Assembly (NCBI GenBank): GCA_964491945.1
Contig: CAZBHO010000008.1
Location: forward strand, 471-64,470
Source: an uncultured Verrucomicrobiota bacterium
GTDB lineage: Bacteria; Verrucomicrobiota; Kiritimatiellia; JAAZAB01
Direction: 5' to 3'
Length of the DNA stretch: 64,000 nt
A model generated the notes under the pieces. That model had not been told where the DNA came from. It saw only the letters and a program-made list of their open reading frames with translations, and ran no database searches. Numbering within the stretch: the stretch's first letter is position 1; each line of letters starts with the position of its first letter. Made by a program: the position numbers and the translations under genes. Shown one piece after another: positions 30,194 through 38,554 of the stretch.

Positions 30194-31657
30194 ATGGCAA
30201 GTTCAATAGAAACAGCTCTTGTGGTTGATGATGATGCCCTGATGCGTGAGTTCATTGTTGAAACGCTCAGACGCAATAAAATAGCTGTAACGGAAGCCAC
30301 CAATGGACTTGAAGCCAAAGAACTGCTAGAGCAAAATGAATATGATCTGGCATTTCTGGATGTCAAGATGCCAGGAATGGATGGAATGCAGCTCCTTAAG
30401 GCGATCAAGACTTTGAATATAGGGACACTTCCTGTCATCATTACGGCTTTTGGGACTGTGGAAAGAGCTGTTGAAGCAATGCGTTGTGGAGCTTATGACT
30501 TTTTGATGAAACCATTTTCACCAGAACAGGTGGAAATTATAATAAACCGCGCAAAAGAGTTGGTGGAACTACAAGCACAAAACGCCTATCTAAAAGAGGA
30601 GTTAGGCTGGATATTGCCAAAGGGCAAGCAGATTGTTGGGCAAAGCGAGGCAATAAAGAAGTTGATGCGCGATGTTGCGCAGGTTGCATCCTCTAATTCC
30701 ACAGTCCTCATCGCAGGGGAAAGCGGAACAGGTAAAGAACTGGTTGCGCTTGCCATTCACTCCTTAAGTCCACGCAAAAATGGACCTTTCATCAGAATGA
30801 ATTGTGCAGCAGTGCCGGATACATTGATGGATAGCGAGCTTTTTGGGCACGAAAAAGGCGCATTCACAAGCGCGGTTAATCGCAGAATCGGCAGATTTGA
30901 ACTTGCGAACAACGGGACATTGCTGCTTGATGAAGTTAGCGAAATGAACATAGGCGTACAGGCTAAGCTGTTACGTGTGTTGCAGGAGCACGAATTTGAA
31001 AGAGTTGGCGGAAGCCACACAATACAAACCAATGCCAGAGTTATTGCAACAACAAATCGCGTTTTGAAGCAATATGTTGCCGAAGGCAAGTTCAGAGAAG
31101 ATCTCTATTATAGATTGAATGTTGTGCCTCTTTATATTCCCCCTTTGCGGGAGCGCGTGGAAGATATTCCGCTTTTAGTCAAGGCTTTTGCGGAGCGTTT
31201 TGCTTATGCTAAAGATAAGAAAGCCGAACCAAAGGAGTTTAATCAGGAAGCCATTGATGCATTGAAAGCTTATAACTGGCCTGGCAATGTCCGTGAGCTT
31301 GAAAATCTTATGGAGCGTATATGTGTTATGGAAAACGCTCAAGTTATAACTATTGATATGCTTCCCCCAGAAATTCGTAATGGCAAATCAACAGCGCATT
31401 CTGTATCTATGGCTGTACCTGAAACTCATACGGCATCTAACGATCAGCCGGAAGCAGAATTAAGACAAGTTTCTTCTCCAGAGCAAGAAACAACAATGTT
31501 TAATATCCCCACTATTGAAAAAATCACCATATTTAAGGCTTTGAAGGCAACGGGTGGCAATAGGAAGAAAAGCGCAGAATTGCTTGGAATAAGCATCAGA
31601 ACGTTGCGGAATAAGCTTAATCAATATAAGCGTGAAGGAGAGAAAATAGAGGTGTGA
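30194..31657 (+). CDS. Sigma-54-dependent response regulator (REC + AAA+ sigma-54 interaction + Fis HTH), FlrC/FleR/FlgR-like
   Basis: REC (LVVDDD...FLDVKMPGMDG), Walker A 'GESGTGKELVA', the 'GAFTSA' sigma-54 contact motif, an R-finger region and a C-terminal HTH (KKSAELLGISIRTLRNKL). ATG 30194 is preferred over the track's 30179 because GGAGG lies 9 nt upstream. Confidence 0.85.
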   Translation: MASSIETALVVDDDALMREFIVETLRRNKIAVTEATNGLEAKELLEQNEYDLAFLDVKMPGMDGMQLLKAIKTLNIGTLPVIITAFGTVERAVEAMRCGAYDFLMKPFSPEQVEIIINRAKELVELQAQNAYLKEELGWILPKGKQIVGQSEAIKKLMRDVAQVASSNSTVLIAGESGTGKELVALAIHSLSPRKNGPFIRMNCAAVPDTLMDSELFGHEKGAFTSAVNRRIGRFELANNGTLLLDEVSEMNIGVQAKLLRVLQEHEFERVGGSHTIQTNARVIATTNRVLKQYVAEGKFREDLYYRLNVVPLYIPPLRERVEDIPLLVKAFAERFAYAKDKKAEPKEFNQEAIDALKAYNWPGNVRELENLMERICVMENAQVITIDMLPPEIRNGKSTAHSVSMAVPETHTASNDQPEAELRQVSSPEQETTMFNIPTIEKITIFKALKATGGNRKKSAELLGISIRTLRNKLNQYKREGEKIEV

Positions 31658-31660
31658 TCG

Positions 31661-31676
31661 TGGCATTTGACTTGCT
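31661..31676 (+). promoter_or_regulatory. Sigma-54 (-24/-12) promoter for the flgB operon
   Basis: TGGCAT-ttgac-TTGCT matches the TGGCAC-N5-TTGCW consensus with correct GG/GC spacing. It lies 14 nt upstream of the flgB ATG region. Confidence 0.55.
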
Positions 31677-31689
31677 TGAAGGAAGAAGA

Positions 31690-32044
31690 TATGACACCAA
31701 CAATTTCAACTTTGGCAACAGTTTTGGAAGCCACAAGCAAGCGCCAGAGTGTGCTTGCAAATAATCTGGCAAACGCTAATACACCTTTTTATAAAAGGCT
31801 GGATCTTAAATTTAAGGATGAACTTGCTAAAGCTATATCAAGCGGCGATATTAATGAGATCCAAAATTTTAAACCAACTATTGTTGAAGACACCACAACG
31901 CCAGCCAGACCTGATGGAAACAATGTTTCTCTGCAAAAAGAAATGGCAGAAATAAACGAGAACGCATTGCTTTTCAATTTTGCTGCTAAAGCTATTGCAA
32001 AAAAATTTGATGGGTTAAAGAAAGCAATCAAAGGAAGAGGATAA
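31690..32044 (+). CDS. flgB: Flagellar basal-body rod protein FlgB
   Basis: 'VLANNLANANTPFYKRLDLKF' matches the rod-protein N-terminal consensus. Start taken at MTPT (RBS GAAGGAAG) rather than the track's 31667. Confidence 0.8.
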
Positions 32045-32058
32045 TAAGGAGCTAGAAA

Positions 32059-32493
32059 ATGTCAGAAGTAAGTATAATGCCATCTCTACAAATAAGCGCA
32101 ACAGGGCTTGAGGCAGAAAGCCGGAGAATGGAGGTTATAGCTAATAACGTTGCCAATGCGCAAACAACGCATTCTAATCCAGCGCTTGTGTATAAAAGAA
32201 AAGAAGTTGTCTTTGCAGAGAAACTGGCAGAAGCCATCGGTACAGCTGGTGATGAAAAGAAATTACAAGGCGTTCAAGTTGCGAAAATAGCAGAGAACCC
32301 ACGTCCACCTAAAATGGTTTATAGACCGGGGCATCCTGATGCCAATGCGGAAGGATTTGTTGCTATGCCAAATATAAGCATCGTTGAAGAAATGGTTGAT
32401 ATGATGAATGCCTCTCGTACTTATGAGGCTAACCTTGCAGCGATGCGAACGGCAAAAGGAATGATAAATCAGGCGTTGGAAATTATAAAATGA
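32059..32493 (+). CDS. flgC: Flagellar basal-body rod protein FlgC
   Basis: 'ISATGLEAESRRMEVIANNVANAQTT' and a C-terminal 'YEANLAAMRTAKGMINQALEI'. Confidence 0.85.
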   Translation: MSEVSIMPSLQISATGLEAESRRMEVIANNVANAQTTHSNPALVYKRKEVVFAEKLAEAIGTAGDEKKLQGVQVAKIAENPRPPKMVYRPGHPDANAEGFVAMPNISIVEEMVDMMNASRTYEANLAAMRTAKGMINQALEIIK

Positions 32494-32554
32494 TTATTTT
32501 TTTCTTGCTTTATTTATGCTACAATAAGGGCTTGATGTTAAGGAGATGAATGCG

Positions 32555-32878
32555 ATGAATATCTCGGAACTTCAAAATTTACAGGGCAAAAGAATTGAAG
32601 AAAATCCAATGCTTTTACCCACTGCCACAGGCGCAGGCAAAGCACAGGGCGATGATGCTTCTTTCCGGGACGTGCTTGGCAAACTTGTAGAAAAAGTTGA
32701 TTCTCTGCAAAAAGATGCGGATAATTCAATAAAAGATTTAGTTACTGGGCAAGGCAATGTTAGTGTCCATAACGTGGCAGTGAAAATGGAAGAAGCAAGC
32801 GTCGCTTTTGATTTAATGATGGAAATACGAAATAAGCTGTTAGAGGCTTATCAGGAAATATCAAGAATGCAAGTTTAA
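32555..32878 (+). CDS. fliE: Flagellar hook-basal body protein FliE
   Basis: A ~107-aa protein with a FliE-like C-terminus (VAVKMEEASVAFDLMMEIRNKLLEAYQEI). ATG 32555 is preferred over 32546 because of RBS spacing. Confidence 0.75.
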   Translation: MNISELQNLQGKRIEENPMLLPTATGAGKAQGDDASFRDVLGKLVEKVDSLQKDADNSIKDLVTGQGNVSVHNVAVKMEEASVAFDLMMEIRNKLLEAYQEISRMQV

Positions 32879-32891
32879 GGAGTAAAGAACT

Positions 32892-34457
32892 ATGCCCAGT
32901 TCAATTCAAGTTATAGGTGTCCAGATAAAAGAATTATGGCGAAACTTCGGACCGAATCAGAAGGTGAGCATTATTCTTGCTTTATTGGTTTCGCTTGCTG
33001 CAGTTGCTGGTGTGTTATATTGGAGCTCAAGGCCTGACTTTCAGCTCCTATATTCTGGGCTTACTACCAAAGACGCTGCAGCAATGCGCGAAAAATTAAG
33101 TGATGAAAAGATACCTGTCGAGATCCGTGATTCAGGGCACTCCCTTTATGTTCCTGCAAAAGATGTCTATAGAGCAAGGTTGCTTCTTGCAAAGGAAGGT
33201 TTACCAAAGGAAAGTTCAACGGGCTTTGAGCTTTTTGAGCAACCGAAATTTGGTCTTACAGATTTTGCGCAGAAGGTTAATTATCAGAGAGCACTTGCAG
33301 GGGAACTGGAAAGGACTATTGCTGCAATGGAAGGCGTTGAAGCTGCAAGAGTGTTGCTGGTTCTGCCAAAAGATAAATTGTTTGCATCAGAAGCGGAGCA
33401 AAAAGCTAGTGCTGCAGTTCTGGTGACAACTCGCGGCGGTGCACTTCTTACCAGTGCGCAGGTGCAAAGCATAGTGAATCTCGTGGCAAGCTCTGTGCCG
33501 GGCCTTACGCCAAATGCCGTAAAAGTTTCTGACCATACAGGTAGGCTATTAACAAAAGCTGGCTCAACAGAAGATGAGTCATTCGATGCTGCAAGTGATC
33601 AGCTTGCAATTCAAGAGAAGCTTGAACAGATGCTTGCGAAGAAAGCGCAGGAGATGCTTGATATAGCGCTTGGAGCAGGGCAATCGGTTGTTAAGGTTAG
33701 TGCACAGCTGGATTTTAGCAAGATAGATAAACGCATAGAAAATTATGATATAGAAAATAGAACCGTTAAATCAGAAAGTATTCAATCTGAAAACACATCT
33801 ACTCCCGGCGGCGGTCCTGGCGGCTCGGTAGGAGTTGTTTCTCAAATTCCTGTAGGCTCACCTGCTGCTGGAACGGTTGAACAGCCTATGGCAAAAAGCA
33901 AGAAGGAGAATATTAAAACGGAATATGTTATTCCTTCTGAAGTGCAACAGATGACTGTGCGGGGTGGACGCATTGTTTCGCTTTCTGTTTCGGTCTGCCT
34001 TGCCAAAGGTGAAAAGCCACGTAACATTACTGAAATAGAGAATATGGTTAAAAATGCTGTTGGGTTTGTTGAGAATGAGACAAGAAAAGATACAATTAAA
34101 GTGGTTGAAATGGAATTTCCAACTGTGCCTGAAGCTCCGAAGCAGCCTCTCTGGAAATCGTTACCTGTTGGCTGGAGCACTATAGGCAATGTGGCTATGT
34201 GGTTGATTTTGGCGCTGGTTGTGTTTATAATAACCCGTAAGTTTATGGCTGGAATAACAGTCAAGCAGGAATCTGTTGGCGTTCCAGTGCAGAACCTTAC
34301 AGGAGCTGAAGGAGGTTTCCCGGGCGCTGTGGGCGGACAACGCCGAACAGCATGGGTGGATCAGGGACTTGAAAAGAACTTGTCAGAATTGAACCGTATA
34401 GCAGAACAGAATCCGAAAGCAATTGCTGCGTGGATAACGAGCGTTGCTAATCAATAA
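32892..34457 (+). CDS. fliF: Flagellar MS-ring protein FliF
   Basis: 521 aa with an N-terminal TM, 'YQRALAGELERTIAAMEGVEAARVLLVLP' and a C-terminal TM. Confidence 0.85.
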   Translation: MPSSIQVIGVQIKELWRNFGPNQKVSIILALLVSLAAVAGVLYWSSRPDFQLLYSGLTTKDAAAMREKLSDEKIPVEIRDSGHSLYVPAKDVYRARLLLAKEGLPKESSTGFELFEQPKFGLTDFAQKVNYQRALAGELERTIAAMEGVEAARVLLVLPKDKLFASEAEQKASAAVLVTTRGGALLTSAQVQSIVNLVASSVPGLTPNAVKVSDHTGRLLTKAGSTEDESFDAASDQLAIQEKLEQMLAKKAQEMLDIALGAGQSVVKVSAQLDFSKIDKRIENYDIENRTVKSESIQSENTSTPGGGPGGSVGVVSQIPVGSPAAGTVEQPMAKSKKENIKTEYVIPSEVQQMTVRGGRIVSLSVSVCLAKGEKPRNITEIENMVKNAVGFVENETRKDTIKVVEMEFPTVPEAPKQPLWKSLPVGWSTIGNVAMWLILALVVFIITRKFMAGITVKQESVGVPVQNLTGAEGGFPGAVGGQRRTAWVDQGLEKNLSELNRIAEQNPKAIAAWITSVANQ

Positions 34458-34489
34458 AAGTTTTTAAACTGATAAGGAGTAAAAACGGT

Positions 34490-35506
34490 ATGCCCATAAC
34501 ATCATTGGCTATTAAAAAAGAGCTAACAAATGATGAGAAAGTGGCAGTTTTAATTGCAAGCCTTGAAGCCAGACTTGCAGCTCAAGTTCTTCAGCAACTT
34601 GAGCCTTCGTTAATGTTAAGAGTAACGAAAGCACTGCGTGGACTTGGCATAGTGCCAGGTGAAGTGCGGGAAAAAACAATTGCCAGTTGCCTGCAGGGCA
34701 TTCATGAACTTGGCGAAGCTGTACATGGGGATGAAAATCTTGCTAATACATTGCTCGTTCAGGCTGTTGGTGAAAAAAAGGCTTCAGCTTTGCTTGCTGA
34801 TTCGCAACGTAGCACTTCAAATGCTTTTAGCGAACTGACAAGATTGAGCGCAGATCAAATTGTAACCTTATTGGTACACGAGCAACCTGCAGTTATTGCG
34901 CTTGTATTGAGATTTTTACCACCCCAACTTGCAGCGGAAGTGCTTGAATTGCTTCAAAGTGAAATACGCCGTAAGGTGATCGTTTGTATGTGCGTGAATT
35001 CCGAACCTTCTTCTGAAATCATAGCAAGAATGAATGAGCTTTTAAGCGCCAAAGTGGCGGCTGGTTCATGGAGCAAGAAATCGAGTGAAAGCGATAGAAT
35101 TGAGTTTGTTACGCAAATAATTCAACATTCAAAGAGAAATGTTGAAGAAGATTGTCTTTCAGCCATTCAGGAAAAATCTGAGGCATTAGCAAGTGCAATT
35201 CGCGATAAATTGTTCACCTTTGAAGATATTGTTAAACTCAGCGATGTTGCAATGAGACGTATAATGTCTGAAATAGATATGGGAGTGCTGGCAATTGCCC
35301 TGCGTAATGCTAATGCTGAACTTAAAGATAAATTCTTCCGTAACATGTCTAAACGCGCAGCTGAAGGCTTGAAACAGGAAATGGAATACTCACAAAAAGT
35401 GCGTCTTTCTGAAGTGGAAGCCAAACAGAAAGAAATTGTTAATATAATTAGAAATCTACAGGCTGAAGGACAGATAGCAGTTTCATCAGAGGATGAATAT
35501 GTCTAA
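34490..35506 (+). CDS. fliG: Flagellar motor switch protein FliG
   Basis: 338 aa with the C-terminal torque helix region 'MSKRAAEGLKQEMEYSQKVRLSEVEAKQKEIVNIIRNL'. Confidence 0.85.
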   Translation: MPITSLAIKKELTNDEKVAVLIASLEARLAAQVLQQLEPSLMLRVTKALRGLGIVPGEVREKTIASCLQGIHELGEAVHGDENLANTLLVQAVGEKKASALLADSQRSTSNAFSELTRLSADQIVTLLVHEQPAVIALVLRFLPPQLAAEVLELLQSEIRRKVIVCMCVNSEPSSEIIARMNELLSAKVAAGSWSKKSSESDRIEFVTQIIQHSKRNVEEDCLSAIQEKSEALASAIRDKLFTFEDIVKLSDVAMRRIMSEIDMGVLAIALRNANAELKDKFFRNMSKRAAEGLKQEMEYSQKVRLSEVEAKQKEIVNIIRNLQAEGQIAVSSEDEYV

Positions 35507-36098
35507 CACTATAGTCATCAGCAACGGTAAATCTGGGAAAATTACGATATCACCAGCGGTGAGAAACGGAAAGAAAGATACCGCACCTACGCAGAATCAA
35601 GAGCTTGATATGAATGCCATCCAGCAGCAAGCCCTAATAAAAGCTCAAATTGAAATGAAAAAAACTCTAGACAGCCACATCAAGGCTAAAGCTGAAGCTT
35701 GTAAAAAATGTATGGGAAAACTCAACAGCACTTTGGATGCCTTGCGGAATGAAATAGGAGAGCGTGTTATAGAACTATCTGTCAGAATAGCGGAGATAAT
35801 TCTTCATCACGCTCTACCGGATCGTCAAATGATATTGGAAATACTCAAGCAGACTTTAGCCCCTATTTCTGATTTGCAAGGCGTCCGTATCAGAATGAAT
35901 GCTGCTGATGTGGAAAATTTAAAAGAGAACAATGCTATGCCTGCCTTGCTTAATAGGATTGAACTTATTCCCGATCCAACGCTTGCTGCAGGTGATATGA
36001 TTGTGGAAAGCAAAAATGGCATATTTGATGCCAGAATAGATGAACGACTTAAACTACTTGAAGATAAACTAAAACATAGAGTGACACAAGGTGAATGA
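35493..36098 (+). CDS. fliH: Flagellar export/assembly protein FliH
   Basis: 201 aa, coiled-coil, positioned between fliG and fliI. Confidence 0.65.
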   Translation: MNMSNTIVISNGKSGKITISPAVRNGKKDTAPTQNQELDMNAIQQQALIKAQIEMKKTLDSHIKAKAEACKKCMGKLNSTLDALRNEIGERVIELSVRIAEIILHHALPDRQMILEILKQTLAPISDLQGVRIRMNAADVENLKENNAMPALLNRIELIPDPTLAAGDMIVESKNGIFDARIDERLKLLEDKLKHRVTQGE

Positions 36099-37422
36099 AC
36101 TATTATCAGCACTTAATCCAGATAAACTGCTTGAGGGCTTGGAAAAAGAAATATTTGTAAAGCAGGAGGGGCGGGTTTTTGAAGTTACAGGGCTCACAGT
36201 AAAGTCTATTGGTCCGCATCTTTCTATCGGAGATTTTGCCTGGATAGAAACAGATGGCGGAAATTCAGAAAAAAAATTCATTCCATGCGAGACAGTTGGC
36301 TTCCGTGATCCGTATGTTTTACTTATGCCAGTTGAGAGGCTTGGTGGAATAAGACCCGGCGCAAGAGTGATAAGAGGGAACAAAATGACAGTAGGGGCGG
36401 GTTACTCTATGCTTGGCAGGATAGTGGATGGACTCGGCAGACCAATTGATGGTGGACCAGAGTTTACGAATTTGGAAGAGATTGAAATTGAGAGAAATGC
36501 CCCGCCAGCTATGATGAGGAAGCCTTTAAAGGATGTGCTTGTTACTGGAATTAGAGCAATTGATTCTGTATTGACGGTGGCTGAGGGACAGCGCATGGGG
36601 ATTTTTGCTGGAAGTGGCGTAGGCAAAAGCGTGCTTATGGGCAGCCTTGCAAGGAATTCAAGTGCTACAATAAATGTTATTGCTCTTGTTGGGGAGCGTG
36701 GTAGGGAAGTTCGCGATTTTATTGAAAAAAATTTAGGTAAGGATGGTCTAAAAAAATCTGTTGTTGTGGCTGTTGCTTCTGATCAATCGCCTGTTATGAG
36801 AATTAAAGGCGCTTCCACTGCTATGGCTATCGCAGAGTATTTTAGAGATAGAGGCGAAAAAGTTCTCTTCTTGATGGATTCTGTTACACGCTGCGCTATG
36901 GCGCAAAGAGAAATAGGACTTGCTGTTGGTGAACCACCAACAACGAAGGGATATCCACCGAGCGTATTTGGATATTTAGCGCGTCTTCTGGAAAGATCTG
37001 GCTCTTCAGACAAAGGCAGCATAACAGCTTTTTTCACGGTTTTGGTCGAAGCAGATGATATGAATGATCCAATTGCAGATACGGTGCGTTCTATTCTTGA
37101 TGGACACATTGTGCTTTCGCGTCGCATTGCCGCAATGAATCATTATCCGGCAATTGATGTATTAAACAGCATAAGCCGTCTGATGAGCGATATTGTTTCT
37201 CCTCATCATAAAGAACTGGCAGCAAAAATGCGCAGTATAATGGCAGTTTATACTAAAGCTGAGGATCTGGTGAATGTTGGAGCCTATGTGCAGGGCTCAA
37301 ATCCAAAGATAGATGAAGCGCTAAAAAAGATAGACAGGATAAATGCATTTCTACAGCAAGAGCCGAATTTAAAATCATCTTTTGAAGATACAATAAAATT
37401 GCTGGAAAAGACTGTGTTATGA
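36091..37422 (+). CDS. fliI: Flagellum-specific ATPase FliI
   Basis: 443 aa with Walker A 'GIFAGSGVGKSVLMG' and Walker B 'LFLMDSVTR'. Confidence 0.9.
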   Translation: MNELLSALNPDKLLEGLEKEIFVKQEGRVFEVTGLTVKSIGPHLSIGDFAWIETDGGNSEKKFIPCETVGFRDPYVLLMPVERLGGIRPGARVIRGNKMTVGAGYSMLGRIVDGLGRPIDGGPEFTNLEEIEIERNAPPAMMRKPLKDVLVTGIRAIDSVLTVAEGQRMGIFAGSGVGKSVLMGSLARNSSATINVIALVGERGREVRDFIEKNLGKDGLKKSVVVAVASDQSPVMRIKGASTAMAIAEYFRDRGEKVLFLMDSVTRCAMAQREIGLAVGEPPTTKGYPPSVFGYLARLLERSGSSDKGSITAFFTVLVEADDMNDPIADTVRSILDGHIVLSRRIAAMNHYPAIDVLNSISRLMSDIVSPHHKELAAKMRSIMAVYTKAEDLVNVGAYVQGSNPKIDEALKKIDRINAFLQQEPNLKSSFEDTIKLLEKTVL

Positions 37423-37898
37423 AAAAATTTGAGTTTTCACTTCAAAAACTGTTGGATGTAGAAGAAGCTCATGAAAAGGCTGCTGAGCAAAAGCTCGCAG
37501 CCGCTAAACGCCAGTTGCATTCTGCACAGGAAGAGTTAAAGCGCATAAGGGCCAGAATGGATAAAGAAATCAATGCTATTGAAACATTCAAGGGCACACA
37601 AACAGCCAGACATAACTTAATGAATCACATCAAATATCTTGAAAGGCTTCAATATATGGTTGTTCAGCAATCGCAACGTGTGGCAGAATGTCAGATAGAG
37701 GTGGATAAATGTATAGAACTTCTGCATCAAATTATGAGGAAACGCAAAACACTTGAGAAGTTAAAAGAGCGTGAAAAAGCTATATGGCAGGAAGAGGAAA
37801 AAAAAACTGAACAGAAACAACTAGATGAATTTGCAGTAATAGGACACTATAGAGCTTCAATGAATAGCTCCATAGAAAATGTTAAACATCATACATAA
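37419..37898 (+). CDS. fliJ: Flagellar export chaperone FliJ
   Basis: 159-aa coiled coil immediately after fliI (4-nt overlap). Confidence 0.65.
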   Translation: MKKFEFSLQKLLDVEEAHEKAAEQKLAAAKRQLHSAQEELKRIRARMDKEINAIETFKGTQTARHNLMNHIKYLERLQYMVVQQSQRVAECQIEVDKCIELLHQIMRKRKTLEKLKEREKAIWQEEEKKTEQKQLDEFAVIGHYRASMNSSIENVKHHT

Positions 37899-37912
37899 AA
37901 CAATAAGACGAT

Positions 37913-38542
37913 ATGAAAATAGCATTTTTGATATTATGTTTTTTATGTGCAATTCTGGTTAATCTACTCATGTTTATTATGATGACAGGAATTGTTCCTT
38001 TTAGACCTCCACAGAAGCCTATCTATATAAAAGAACCTATAGTGCTTACAAAACAGTTTACTGGCACAAATGATATGGCAGCTATTGGGGCAACTCCTAT
38101 TTATAGCACTCTGGGCAATAAAGCTGTGGATGAACTGGTGGCTTCTCTTAAGGCTGAAAAGGAACAACTTGCCAAGAAAGCGGCTGAACTTGCCACTAAA
38201 GAAGAGCTGCAGGCTAAAACAATTGCCGCATTAAAAACTGAACTGCTTCAGCTGCAAGAAGCTTTAAATAAGCAAATAGTTGAAATACAAACCACAGAAC
38301 AGGCTAATTTAAAGAAACTTTCAGAAATGTATTCAAAAATGGATCCTGCTGGGGCAGCAAAGTTGCTTATAGAGATGGACAAGGAAAAAGCTGCCACCAT
38401 CTTGAGTCTTATGTCAGATAGGTCGGCGGCGGCAATCCTTGATAGCGCAGTGCAGGAAAAAGATAAAGGCACTGCTGCGGCAACTGCATGGACGGATATA
38501 ACTCGTCGGCATGAAGCCAAAAAGAAAGAAAAAACGAAATAA
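37913..38542 (+). CDS. MgtE-N-like flagellar protein (B. subtilis YlxF / FlbB / MotE family), membrane-anchored
   Basis: 209 aa with an N-terminal TM, a coiled coil and 'MDPAGAAKLLIEMDKEKAATILSLMSDRSAAAILDS' (MgtE_N-like). Its position between fliJ and fliK matches the Bacillus/spirochete operon. Confidence 0.5.
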   Translation: MKIAFLILCFLCAILVNLLMFIMMTGIVPFRPPQKPIYIKEPIVLTKQFTGTNDMAAIGATPIYSTLGNKAVDELVASLKAEKEQLAKKAAELATKEELQAKTIAALKTELLQLQEALNKQIVEIQTTEQANLKKLSEMYSKMDPAGAAKLLIEMDKEKAATILSLMSDRSAAAILDSAVQEKDKGTAAATAWTDITRRHEAKKKEKTK

Positions 38543-38554
38543 AGGAACTGGAAA

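Noticed and set aside
33842-34264. 140-aa minus-strand ORF inside fliF, and similar embedded ORFs in fliK, the secretin and rho
   Set aside because: They overlap well-supported genes on the opposite strand, and no independent motif supports them.
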